Shown here piece by piece: positions 45,625 to 54,443 of a DNA stretch of 64,000 nucleotides. Both the position numbers and the translations under genes were made by a program. Position 1 is the first letter of the stretch; every line of letters begins with the position of its first letter. The notes below the pieces were generated by a model, which was not told the DNA's origin, did not search any database, and saw only the letters and a program-made list of their open reading frames with translations. Source of the stretch: Nitrospina sp. GTDB lineage: Bacteria; Nitrospinota; Nitrospinia; Nitrospinales; VA-1. Location of the stretch: assembly GCA_018702695.1 (NCBI GenBank), contig JABIYR010000087.1:4481-68480 (forward strand). The letters are read 5' to 3'.

Positions 45625-47895
45625 ATGATGCAATATAAATTACGACCTCTGATGCTACTTTCCGGGCTATTTCTGATCGCTCTGGTAGTTCGTGTTGCCT
45701 ATTTAATCGAGCTTTCCCAGATTCCTTATTTTGATATTGTTCTTCCTGTTTACGATCATTTTAATTTCGACCAAGGGGCTTTGAATTTTGCGGCGGGTGA
45801 TGGGTTGGCACGATCTCCCAATAATAGTTATTCACCGTTGTATAAATATTTTCTCGGAAGCCTTTATTATCTTTTCGGAAGAAATTTTTATGTGGTCTAC
45901 GGCATTCAGTTTACGCTCGGGGCTTTGGGTGCGGTCCTGTTATTCCTGATAGGAAAAAAACTGTTTGATGTTCGTGTTGGCTTGTTGGCTTTTGCGGGTT
46001 TTGCTTTTTTTTCTACCGAGATCATTTATGAAGGCATCATTCTGCGGGCGGCCTTCATCACTTTTCTCGCAATCCTTTCGTTTTATGTGCTGATTCGTTT
46101 GCGCGAATCCCCGACCCCTTTGATGTTGGTGATTTGTGCCTTGACTCTGTCCTTATTTTTTCAATCTCGTCCCAACACCTTTCTTTGTCTTCCCTTTGTC
46201 ATTTATTACGTCCACGCATATGTTTTTAAGAGCCTGAGTTCTAGAGAGAAAACAAAAGGCTGGGGGCTGTTTTTAATTCCCTTGTTGCTTTCGTTTTTCC
46301 CGCTTTTGATTCAGTGTTACCTCGTGCATGGGAAATTTGTGTTTTTTGATTCCAGTGGTCCGACAGCCTTTCTGGCCGGAAACTTCATTGATTATCCAGG
46401 GGTGGGGTTTGACAGCAACCTCCTGATTCAATTCCAGAAAAAATACGGGATGGAAAACCTGTCGCCTCCATCTTTTATCTTGCAACAGGTGATGAATGAC
46501 CCGGTTGGGTTTTTGAGGATGATTGGAAGAAAAATGTTTTTTTATTTTAACGATCTTGAAGGCGCATCCAATCTGTCCATTTATTTGTATCTGGAAAATT
46601 CTCAGATACTTCCTTTTTTATTCAGTCACTTTTCCCTGTTTTCTGCTTTAGGGTTGATGGGGGTGGTGCTGGCTATTCAGAACCGGGAGAAAATATTTCT
46701 TCTCTATGTTTTTTTGGCGTGCTTGATTCTTTCTGTGGTTCTTTTTCATGTGGTGGCTCGTTTTCGAGTTCCTTCCGCACCTTTTCTGATTTTATTTTCG
46801 GCCTATGCTGTGGGCAGAGCCTGCACTTGGTGGGGGCAACGGCAATTCAAGTTTCTGACTGTATTTATTGTCGTGTTTGCAGTTTTGTTCTATGGCTTAC
46901 GGGCTCCAGAGAATCGAACCAAGGCCCGTTATGTGGATTATTGCAACTGGAGTTACGCCTATATGTTGGATGAAAAAAGGTTCGATGTAGAAGAGGCGGA
47001 GACTTATGGCATTCAATGTGTGCAGGCTGAAAGAAAAATTAGTTCGGCGTGGGGGCTGACTAATGTATCGCTGGCTTCGATCTATAAGCTCTATGGTTCT
47101 TATTTGATCCAGCAGAAAGATGAGATGGCGGGACAATTTTTGCAGGATGTTTTTATGATTAATCCGTTTGATTCTGAGATTTACAGAATGTATGCAGATT
47201 TTGAACGTGGGCGAAATAACATGCGTTCTGCGATTCGGTATCTTCAAATCAGTTCGGTTGCCAATAAAAATGATGCCACACCTTTAAAGACTCTGATCCA
47301 ATTTTACTACGAAAACGAGACGCCCCCCGGCAGGTTGCTGGCGGCTTTGAGGTCTGTGCTGCCAATGGAAAAAGACCCTGGCATTCATCAGCAAGTGAAA
47401 AATGAAATACTCCGACTAGAAGGACGGCTTGCCGAAAAAAATATTTCGCCTGAAAAAGCGCAGAAATATCTTGCTGAAGGTAAATGGTCATTGGCCGCAG
47501 AAGAATATGTCAAGCTCAATGCCTTCAATGCTTCGAATGTAGATCTTCTCATTGAGCAGGGGATGGTGTTCGAGAACTTGAATGATAAAGAGAAAGCACT
47601 GGGCTCTTATTACGATGCTTTGCGTATCGATGACAACCATATCGAACTCAATAAAAATCTGGGAAATTATTATGAGTCTGCCAACAATCTGGTTTTAACC
47701 GTTCTGCATTGGAAGCGGTATCTTGAGATCGCACCACATGGGGTTGAGTCTTCATTTATACGAAAACGCTTTCAGTTCTACTCTCAACAATTAAAGATGC
47801 AGAAACTGAAGAAGCAAGTATCGGGCCTCTCGAAGGAGCAAAATCAGGCACTCTATGAAATTTATCGGAATATGAAAGTGAAATTGGGTGTCTAA
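45625..47895 (+). CDS. GT-C (GT39/ArnT-like) membrane glycosyltransferase-like protein with C-terminal TPR domain
   Basis: 756 aa. About 12 hydrophobic segments, an early loop FDQGALNFAAGDGL, and a soluble TPR-like C-terminus from about residue 480. Confidence 0.65.
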   Translation: MMQYKLRPLMLLSGLFLIALVVRVAYLIELSQIPYFDIVLPVYDHFNFDQGALNFAAGDGLARSPNNSYSPLYKYFLGSLYYLFGRNFYVVYGIQFTLGALGAVLLFLIGKKLFDVRVGLLAFAGFAFFSTEIIYEGIILRAAFITFLAILSFYVLIRLRESPTPLMLVICALTLSLFFQSRPNTFLCLPFVIYYVHAYVFKSLSSREKTKGWGLFLIPLLLSFFPLLIQCYLVHGKFVFFDSSGPTAFLAGNFIDYPGVGFDSNLLIQFQKKYGMENLSPPSFILQQVMNDPVGFLRMIGRKMFFYFNDLEGASNLSIYLYLENSQILPFLFSHFSLFSALGLMGVVLAIQNREKIFLLYVFLACLILSVVLFHVVARFRVPSAPFLILFSAYAVGRACTWWGQRQFKFLTVFIVVFAVLFYGLRAPENRTKARYVDYCNWSYAYMLDEKRFDVEEAETYGIQCVQAERKISSAWGLTNVSLASIYKLYGSYLIQQKDEMAGQFLQDVFMINPFDSEIYRMYADFERGRNNMRSAIRYLQISSVANKNDATPLKTLIQFYYENETPPGRLLAALRSVLPMEKDPGIHQQVKNEILRLEGRLAEKNISPEKAQKYLAEGKWSLAAEEYVKLNAFNASNVDLLIEQGMVFENLNDKEKALGSYYDALRIDDNHIELNKNLGNYYESANNLVLTVLHWKRYLEIAPHGVESSFIRKRFQFYSQQLKMQKLKKQVSGLSKEQNQALYEIYRNMKVKLGV

Positions 47896-47928
47896 AGCCG
47901 ATTCCTGCGTAAGAATCAAAACAAACCG

Positions 47929-47958
47929 TTGATCCTGCATGGGTTCCCGTCCTATAAT
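47929..47958 (+). promoter_or_regulatory. Sigma70-like promoter upstream of hemE-hemH
   Basis: TTGATC (47929-47934), 18-nt spacer, TATAAT (47953-47958). The leader is about 125 nt. Confidence 0.4.
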
Positions 47959-48089
47959 CAATAAAAACTAACGGCTCCCTTTAGTCGGGGAGGTAGATCG
48001 CGATAGCTCATTAAGCGGCCAATAGGTATTGGACGCTATGAAATCTATCGCTCATTGGGGTCCTGCATCGTGCTGGATTGGAAAGGTTT

Positions 48090-49112
48090 ATGGAAAATTC
48101 ACGTTTTATAAAAGCTTGCCGGGGCGAACCGGTGGATAAAACTCCGGTTTGGTTTATGCGCCAGGCAGGTCGGTATATGAAGGTCTACCGAGATCTTAAA
48201 GAAAAGCACACGTTTTTGGAAATGTGCAAGACACCTGAGTTGGCCTGCGAAGTCACCTTGCAACCTCTGGACGTATTGGGGGTGGATGCGGCGATTATTT
48301 TTGCCGATATTCTTCTGCCTTTAGAGCCGATGGGCACAGGTTTGGAGTTTATCGTGGGCGATGGCCCCTCGATTCCTCGCCCTGTCAGAGACAGAAAAGC
48401 GGTGGAAGGGCTATTACCGGTTGATGTCGAAGAGCAACTGGGATTTGTTGCCGATGCCATTCGTTTAGTGAAGAAGGAAATTAATATTCCCTTGATCGGT
48501 TTTGCGGGTGCACCTTTCACCCTATGCAGTTATATGATCGAGGGTGGCAAGTCGCGAGAGTTTAAAACTACTAAGCTGATGATGTATGAAGCTCCGGATG
48601 TGTGGGAGCTTCTGATGGATAAGGTTTGCACCATGCTGATTGATTATCTGAAAATGCAGGTTGCGGCAGGGGCTCAGGCTCTACAGATATTCGACAGTTG
48701 GGTGGGTTGCCTCAGCCCTCACGACTATGAGAAGTATATTCTTCCTCATACAAAGCGTGTTTTTGATGGACTCAAAGATGTTGGCGTTCCCATCATTAAC
48801 TTCAGCACGGGAACCTCAACATTGTTGGACACCGTGCAAAAAGCGGGCGGAGATGTGCTCAGCTTTGACTGGAGAATTGAAATGGATGTGGCGCGAGAAA
48901 TCTTAGGACATGACCAACCGGTGCAAGGCAATTTAGACCCGGTAACGCTTTTTGCTCCTTTGCCGGTAATTAAAGAGCGGGTTCATGACATCCTCAAGCG
49001 GGCTGGCAAAAAAGGCCATATCTTCAATTTGGGGCACGGTATTTTGCAACACACTCCGGTTGAGCATGTTAAAGCCGTGGTCGAAATGGTTCATGAGTAC
49101 CAGCATGAATGA
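48090..49112 (+). CDS. hemE: Uroporphyrinogen decarboxylase
   Basis: The ORF opens at TTG 48078. ATG 48090 follows GGAAAGG. PVWFMRQAGRY, IFDSWVG. Confidence 0.96.
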   Translation: MENSRFIKACRGEPVDKTPVWFMRQAGRYMKVYRDLKEKHTFLEMCKTPELACEVTLQPLDVLGVDAAIIFADILLPLEPMGTGLEFIVGDGPSIPRPVRDRKAVEGLLPVDVEEQLGFVADAIRLVKKEINIPLIGFAGAPFTLCSYMIEGGKSREFKTTKLMMYEAPDVWELLMDKVCTMLIDYLKMQVAAGAQALQIFDSWVGCLSPHDYEKYILPHTKRVFDGLKDVGVPIINFSTGTSTLLDTVQKAGGDVLSFDWRIEMDVAREILGHDQPVQGNLDPVTLFAPLPVIKERVHDILKRAGKKGHIFNLGHGILQHTPVEHVKAVVEMVHEYQHE

Positions 49113-50046
49113 TTCTTCTCATACCGAGCCGCTGACTGGTATTTTTCTTATGGCACATGGGGCTCCCGAGTCCACCGATGATATTCCGGAATATTTGCGG
49201 AACATTCGTGGCGGAACGGAATCCACTCCTGAAACCATCCAAATCATTCGAGACCGCTACGAGCAGATAGGCGGGAAATCTCCCTTGCGGGAGATTTCCC
49301 AAGAACTTTGCACCCGGTTGGAATCTTTTCTCAATCAACAGGGAAAAAAGTTCAAAGTCTATTGTGGGATGCGTAACTGGAGTCCGTACATCCGTGATGA
49401 AGTAAAAAGGATGAAGGCCGATGGCGTTCAAAAAGTGGTCGCACTTTGTCTGGCTCCGCAATTCAGTACTTGGAGCACGCGTTTGTACTTCAAGGTGTTC
49501 AAGGAAGCGTTGAAAAGTTGTGACGCGGAGTCAATGGATGTTCGCTACATCGCTAGTTGGGCAGACCACCCGCTTCTCATTGATGCCTTTGAAGAAAAAT
49601 ATCGCAAAGCTCTAGGAAAACTGGGGCCGGATGCACAGGAATCGGTTCATACTATTTTTACAGCGCATAGCATTCCTTCCGAATCCTTGGAGTTTGGAGA
49701 CCCTTACCCTGAAGAATTTGATAAAACCGTTAATAAATTAGTTGAGCGAGTTCAAACTCGAAACTGGTTTAAAGCTTATCAAAGTCAGGGAATGATACCG
49801 GTCCCTTGGTTGGGGCCGACGGTTGAGTCGGTTCTGGATAAGATTGCGAGGCAGGGATCGAAAACCGTATTAATGGTCCCGGTTGGTTTTGTCTGTGACC
49901 ATGTAGAAATTTTGTTTGATATTGATATCGAGTTTAACAATTATGCGAAAGAGCGTAAGTTGACCTTACACCGCACCGAATCGTTGAATCACTCTCCTTT
50001 GTTTATCGAGGCACTGGCTTCTGTCGCTTGGGAAAACCTAGTTTAA
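49105..50046 (+). CDS. hemH: Ferrochelatase
   Basis: The ORF track opens at 48985 inside hemE. ATG 49105 (ATGAATGA overlap with the hemE stop) gives MNDSSHTEPLTGIFLMAHGAP, 313 aa. FTAHSIP, CDHVEILFDID. Confidence 0.95.
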   Translation: MNDSSHTEPLTGIFLMAHGAPESTDDIPEYLRNIRGGTESTPETIQIIRDRYEQIGGKSPLREISQELCTRLESFLNQQGKKFKVYCGMRNWSPYIRDEVKRMKADGVQKVVALCLAPQFSTWSTRLYFKVFKEALKSCDAESMDVRYIASWADHPLLIDAFEEKYRKALGKLGPDAQESVHTIFTAHSIPSESLEFGDPYPEEFDKTVNKLVERVQTRNWFKAYQSQGMIPVPWLGPTVESVLDKIARQGSKTVLMVPVGFVCDHVEILFDIDIEFNNYAKERKLTLHRTESLNHSPLFIEALASVAWENLV

Positions 50047-50085
50047 GAGCTCAAAGTCCCCACTTTTTTTATTTCCGCATAAAAT

Positions 50086-52245
50086 ATGAATCTCGAAAAT
50101 TTAAACCCACAACAATTGCAAGCGGTGCAACATGATGAAGGCCCGTTGATGGTGGTAGCAGGGGCGGGTTCTGGAAAGACGCGTGTTATCACTTGCCGAA
50201 TTGCCAATTTAATTCAGGAAAAACAAGCTTCCCCCGAAAGCATTCTTGCTATTACATTTACCAATAAAGCGGCAGGAGAAATGAAGGAACGGGTTCGAAA
50301 TATGCTGGATTTTCGTGGAGCCTCTCCCTGGATCAGCACCTTTCACTCCTTTTGTCTTAGAATTTTAAGAAAACATATTTCCGAGTTGGGTTTCTCGAAT
50401 GACTTCGCGGTCTACGATGCGCAAGATCAGTTGACCTTGGTCAAGCAGTGTATGAAGGTGAAAGAAATTAGCGCCGATGCCTTTCCACCGAAAACACTTC
50501 TCAACCATATCAGCAGTTTCAAAAATGATTTTCTCATGCCTGAAGATGTGAAGCAGGAGGAAATACCATACGGGCATCAGCACAAAGCGGCCGGTCTCTA
50601 CCCGGTTTATCAGGCGGCTTTGAAAAAAAATAACGCTTTGGATTTTGATGATTTACTGGTCTTTGCAGGCCGTCTTTTTCAAGAGGTCCCGAATCTGCAG
50701 AGGCATTATAGCGAAAAGTTCAAATACATCATGGTGGATGAGTTTCAAGATACCAATGCGGCGCAGTATAAGCTGGTGCGTCTGTTATCTGAGACACATA
50801 AAAATATTTGCGTGGTGGGCGATGACGATCAAAGTATTTACCGTTGGCGGGGCGCGAACATTGAAAATATTTTAAAATTCGAGAATGATTATCCCGGCAC
50901 GACGGTCATCAAGCTTGAGGAAAACTATCGCTCTACGCAAAATATTTTAAATGCCGCAGGAAGTGTGGTGAAGGAAAATAAGAACCGCAAAGATAAAACC
51001 CTGTGGACTCAAAACGAAAAAGGCTCGCCAGTACTGTGTTACAAGGCTGAAGATGAAACCGAAGAAGCCCGGTTTGTTTGTGAAAAAATTCAGGAACTGA
51101 ACCGTGAAGAAGGTTTTAGTTTTAATGAAATGGCGGTGCTTTATCGCACCAACGCTCAATCGCGTGTGATGGAAGATATGCTGAGGCGAACGGGCTTGCC
51201 TTATCAGGTGATTGGGGGTCTGCGCTTTTATGAAAGAAAAGAGATCAAGGATGTTCTGGCATATATGCGGGTCGTTTTAAACCCGAGTGATTCGGTTTCT
51301 TTGAAACGAATTATTAATGTTCCGGCGCGAGGAATCGGGAAAACCTCATTAGAAAAAATAGAAGCGTATTGCCAGCAGAAGGGTTTATCTCTATTGGAGG
51401 GCTTGCGAGATAATGGGCAAGCCAAGTTGGCAGCCCCTGCCGCAAGTAAAAAAATTGTCCAGTTTCTACAGATCATTGATGAATTGAGTGTCACTTTTCA
51501 GCATGGCAACCCATTGGATCTTTTGCGAGAGGTGGTGGACAAGTCGGGTTATGGGGGAATGCTGGAAGCGGACAATACTCACGAGAGCAAGGGCCGAATC
51601 GAAAACCTGCAAGAATTATTTTCTGCTGTGGAGCAGTCTTTAGAGGATGGCGATGGGTCTTTGCAGGAGTTTCTTGACTCGGCGACGCTTGTGGCCGATC
51701 TGGATAATCTCGATGACGAACGGGGTGTTTTGCCTTTGATGACTTTGCATACCTGCAAAGGCTTGGAGTTCTCTTCTGTATTTCTGGTGGGGATGGAAAA
51801 TGGACTTCTTCCACATGCTAGTTCGATGTCGGACCCAGAAGAATATGAAGAGGAGAGAAGGTTATGCTATGTCGGTTTCACACGGGCGCGAAAAAATTTA
51901 TTTGTCAGTCATGCACGGCAAAGACGTATTTATGGTAGCACCTTCAATTATCTGCCCTCAGATTTTTTACTCTCCATTCCCAGTGAAATAATGACCCGAG
52001 AACCCGATATGTCACGTTATGAATCTGTGTCTGCGCCAGCACATGGCGGCGGTGGGATGCCTTCTTCGCAAAAACCGGATGGGGCTTTCACTATTGGAAC
52101 AAAGGTGTTACACGCGAAGTTTGGTTCGGGAATCGTGATAAATCGTTCCGGGGATGAAGAAGATCTCAAGCTGGAAGTGTTTTTTAAAGCTCCCCATGGA
52201 AAAAAGAAGCTCGCCGCAAATCTTGCCAAACTGATTGTTATTTAA
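50086..52245 (+). CDS. pcrA: ATP-dependent DNA helicase, UvrD/PcrA family
   Basis: 719 aa, AGAGSGKTRVIT, MVDEFQDTN, NYRST, VGFTRARKNLF. Confidence 0.93.
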   Translation: MNLENLNPQQLQAVQHDEGPLMVVAGAGSGKTRVITCRIANLIQEKQASPESILAITFTNKAAGEMKERVRNMLDFRGASPWISTFHSFCLRILRKHISELGFSNDFAVYDAQDQLTLVKQCMKVKEISADAFPPKTLLNHISSFKNDFLMPEDVKQEEIPYGHQHKAAGLYPVYQAALKKNNALDFDDLLVFAGRLFQEVPNLQRHYSEKFKYIMVDEFQDTNAAQYKLVRLLSETHKNICVVGDDDQSIYRWRGANIENILKFENDYPGTTVIKLEENYRSTQNILNAAGSVVKENKNRKDKTLWTQNEKGSPVLCYKAEDETEEARFVCEKIQELNREEGFSFNEMAVLYRTNAQSRVMEDMLRRTGLPYQVIGGLRFYERKEIKDVLAYMRVVLNPSDSVSLKRIINVPARGIGKTSLEKIEAYCQQKGLSLLEGLRDNGQAKLAAPAASKKIVQFLQIIDELSVTFQHGNPLDLLREVVDKSGYGGMLEADNTHESKGRIENLQELFSAVEQSLEDGDGSLQEFLDSATLVADLDNLDDERGVLPLMTLHTCKGLEFSSVFLVGMENGLLPHASSMSDPEEYEEERRLCYVGFTRARKNLFVSHARQRRIYGSTFNYLPSDFLLSIPSEIMTREPDMSRYESVSAPAHGGGGMPSSQKPDGAFTIGTKVLHAKFGSGIVINRSGDEEDLKLEVFFKAPHGKKKLAANLAKLIVI

Positions 52246-52253
52246 AGAATCGG

Positions 52254-53567
52254 TTAGGTTTCATTGCACCCGGATGTCGTTTTTAGAGAAAGGTGCAAAA
52301 TAGATTCTAACTTTGCTTTGGACCCTGGAGAAAGCCGCAAGTTTAATACGATGCCCTCGGCGGTGTAGTCTTCATTCAATACTAAAGCGAATTTCTTGAT
52401 TTCTTGAATGAGGATAGCTTGGGAATGCTCAAGCTCGAGGCGATACGGAGCGAGTTTTTTCTCATAGTGAAAGACAATTTTTTCGCGCAGTGTTTCAAGC
52501 CCAGCCCCAGTTTTGCATGAAATTCCCACTGAAGAGGGCACGGCATTCAGGGCGCGATCTAAGGTTTCGATGTCTGGCAGGGCATCCACTTTATTGAACA
52601 CTGTAAGGATATCGAGATCATCCACCCCCATTTCCCGCAGCAAATCATCAGCAGTGCGCATTTGCTCTGCGTATTCTGAATGGCTGAGGTCTACCACATG
52701 AATTAATAAATTGGCATGACGCACTTCATCAAGAGTGCTCTTAAACGAAGCGACGAGATCATGCGGCAATTTTTTAATCAAGCCAACAGTGTCTGACAGT
52801 AATACCGGGTAGGGAAAGTTTTTTTTTATCTTGCGAACGGTGGCATCCAGCGTTGCAAAAAGTTTGTTTTCGACCAATGTGTCGGCCCCGGTCAGACAAT
52901 TCATCAAAGTAGATTTGCCGGCATTGGTGTAGCCGACCAAGGCCACTTTATATGTTTGTTCGCGCTGTTTTCGTTGCGTCTTTTTTTCTTTGTCAATTTG
53001 GACGAGTTTTTTTTCCAGCTTATTGATCTGATTTCGGATCATTCGCCGATCAAGCTGAATCTGCGTTTCCCCAACATCTTTCATGCCGATTCCACCGCGC
53101 TGCCGGGAAAGATGGCTCCACATGCGAGTCAGGCGGGGCATCTCATATTTGAGTTGTGCCAATTCGACTTGAGTCTTGGCCTCCCGTGTTTTTGCGTGAT
53201 TGCTGAAAATTTCAAGAATGATCCAAGGGCGATCCCTCACCTTGCATTTGAGGATTTTTTCCAACTCGCGATTTTGACGAGGCGAAAGTTCTTCGTCAAA
53301 AATCACCGCTTCAGGGTTGTGGTGCTCAACAGCCTGCTTGAGTTCTTCAACCTTTCCACTGCCCAAAAATGTTTTGGCATTGATCACGGATAGACGTTGG
53401 GTCAAGCTGGCAACGGGTTCATATTCGGCGGTGGTGGCGAGACCTTCAAGCTCTTCAAGTGAAATGTCGGAAGACGGCGAGAGGCTGTCTGGCAAGCTGA
53501 CTCCTACCAATATGGCTTTGGGTTTTGAAGCGCGAGTGTCTGTGTGGTTCAAAGATTTAGTTTTCAT
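52254..53567 (-). CDS. hflX: GTPase HflX
   Basis: 437 aa, GGIGMKDVGETQIQLDRR, VGYTNAGKSTLMN, DTVG. Confidence 0.95.
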   Translation of the reverse strand: MKTKSLNHTDTRASKPKAILVGVSLPDSLSPSSDISLEELEGLATTAEYEPVASLTQRLSVINAKTFLGSGKVEELKQAVEHHNPEAVIFDEELSPRQNRELEKILKCKVRDRPWIILEIFSNHAKTREAKTQVELAQLKYEMPRLTRMWSHLSRQRGGIGMKDVGETQIQLDRRMIRNQINKLEKKLVQIDKEKKTQRKQREQTYKVALVGYTNAGKSTLMNCLTGADTLVENKLFATLDATVRKIKKNFPYPVLLSDTVGLIKKLPHDLVASFKSTLDEVRHANLLIHVVDLSHSEYAEQMRTADDLLREMGVDDLDILTVFNKVDALPDIETLDRALNAVPSSVGISCKTGAGLETLREKIVFHYEKKLAPYRLELEHSQAILIQEIKKFALVLNEDYTAEGIVLNLRLSPGSKAKLESILHLSLKTTSGCNET

Positions 53568-53670
53568 GAGTTGATAAGATTATAGCTTATATCAGAAGGG
53601 AACAGGGATGGATTTAATCACTAAAAACAATTGGGAAAAGATAGGGCGGGTGATCAGTGCGGGGAGCTGA

Positions 53671-54201
53671 TTAGTTTTTCTGACTATTCGATTTAAGTTT
53701 TATATACTTGGTGTTCATGTCATCAAGCCTTTGAACGAGGATGTTGATCAATTGTGACTGAAATTTCTTCTGAATGACCAAGGAAAAATGCTCAATAATA
53801 TCTTTGGTGATTTTCATGACCACAACTTGCGCGGAAGCTGCCCGTGCACTGGTGTTTCGAGGCTGATCGCTGATCAAAGAAATTTCCCCGAATATGGACC
53901 CGGCTTTTAATTCGGCAATGCTGATCTCTTCTGGCTCCTGAAGAGAGATATGTCCATCCTTGACGTTGGCGGCAATCGATTTGGTAATTTGAATGGACCC
54001 TGTCAGAACAACAAAAAGGGCAGACCCCGTATCGCCCTCTGAAATGATGGTCTCCCCTGTTTTAAACTTTTCAAAAATGCCAGAGGTGTTTACCAGTTTG
54101 GATTTTTCATCTGCTGAAAATTCTTTAAAGAAAGGCAGGCGTTCGATGAAATCAAGAATAGGATTTTTTTCCAAGTCACACCTCTTTGCCGACAAGTTCA
54201 A
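53671..54201 (-). CDS. Cyclic-nucleotide-binding domain protein (no HTH)
   Basis: 176 aa from TTG 54201. An alternative TTG at 54174 has a better SD (AAGAGGTG). LPFFKEFSADE, GSIFGEISLI, RNTSARA. Confidence 0.85.
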   Translation of the reverse strand: MNLSAKRCDLEKNPILDFIERLPFFKEFSADEKSKLVNTSGIFEKFKTGETIISEGDTGSALFVVLTGSIQITKSIAANVKDGHISLQEPEEISIAELKAGSIFGEISLISDQPRNTSARAASAQVVVMKITKDIIEHFSLVIQKKFQSQLINILVQRLDDMNTKYIKLKSNSQKN

Positions 54202-54242
54202 TCGGGTTTGCTATATTAATCGAACCTACTATAAGAGATTAA

Positions 54243-54443
54243 TCACCCTTTATGTACTGTTTTTTTTTCAGATTCAGGTTCATATTTGGCATTCAGCCGT
54301 TCAATGAGAGACTGGGTTTTCTGCAATTCCTTTGAATTATGGTTCTTTCTGAAGAGTTTTTGGGCTAATTTTGCATACATGAGAGCATTAATTCCATCAC
54401 CCATTTCATCATAAATTTTTCCGATTTTGAGGTGGATGGGGCC
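54243..54443 (-). pseudogene. Out-of-frame continuation of the preceding CDS (66 codons, +1 frame)
   Basis: Hand translation after the A9 run gives GPIHLKIGKIYDEMGDGINALMYAKLAQKLFRKNHNSKELQKTQSLIERLNAKYEPESEKKTVHKG then a stop. It continues the TPR pattern of ..AAWAYKLALNFNKK. Confidence 0.6.

Noticed and set aside
47896-48089. Checked this and the other spacers longer than 150 nt (7587-7757, 26939-27212, 56062-56255, 59265-59447, 63405-63704) for tRNA, SRP RNA, 6S RNA or tmRNA.
   Set aside because: I found no tRNA cloverleaf or T-loop (GTTCGAATC-like) motif and no conserved SRP or tmRNA motif by eye. This is a visual check only, and an Infernal/tRNAscan run would be decisive.
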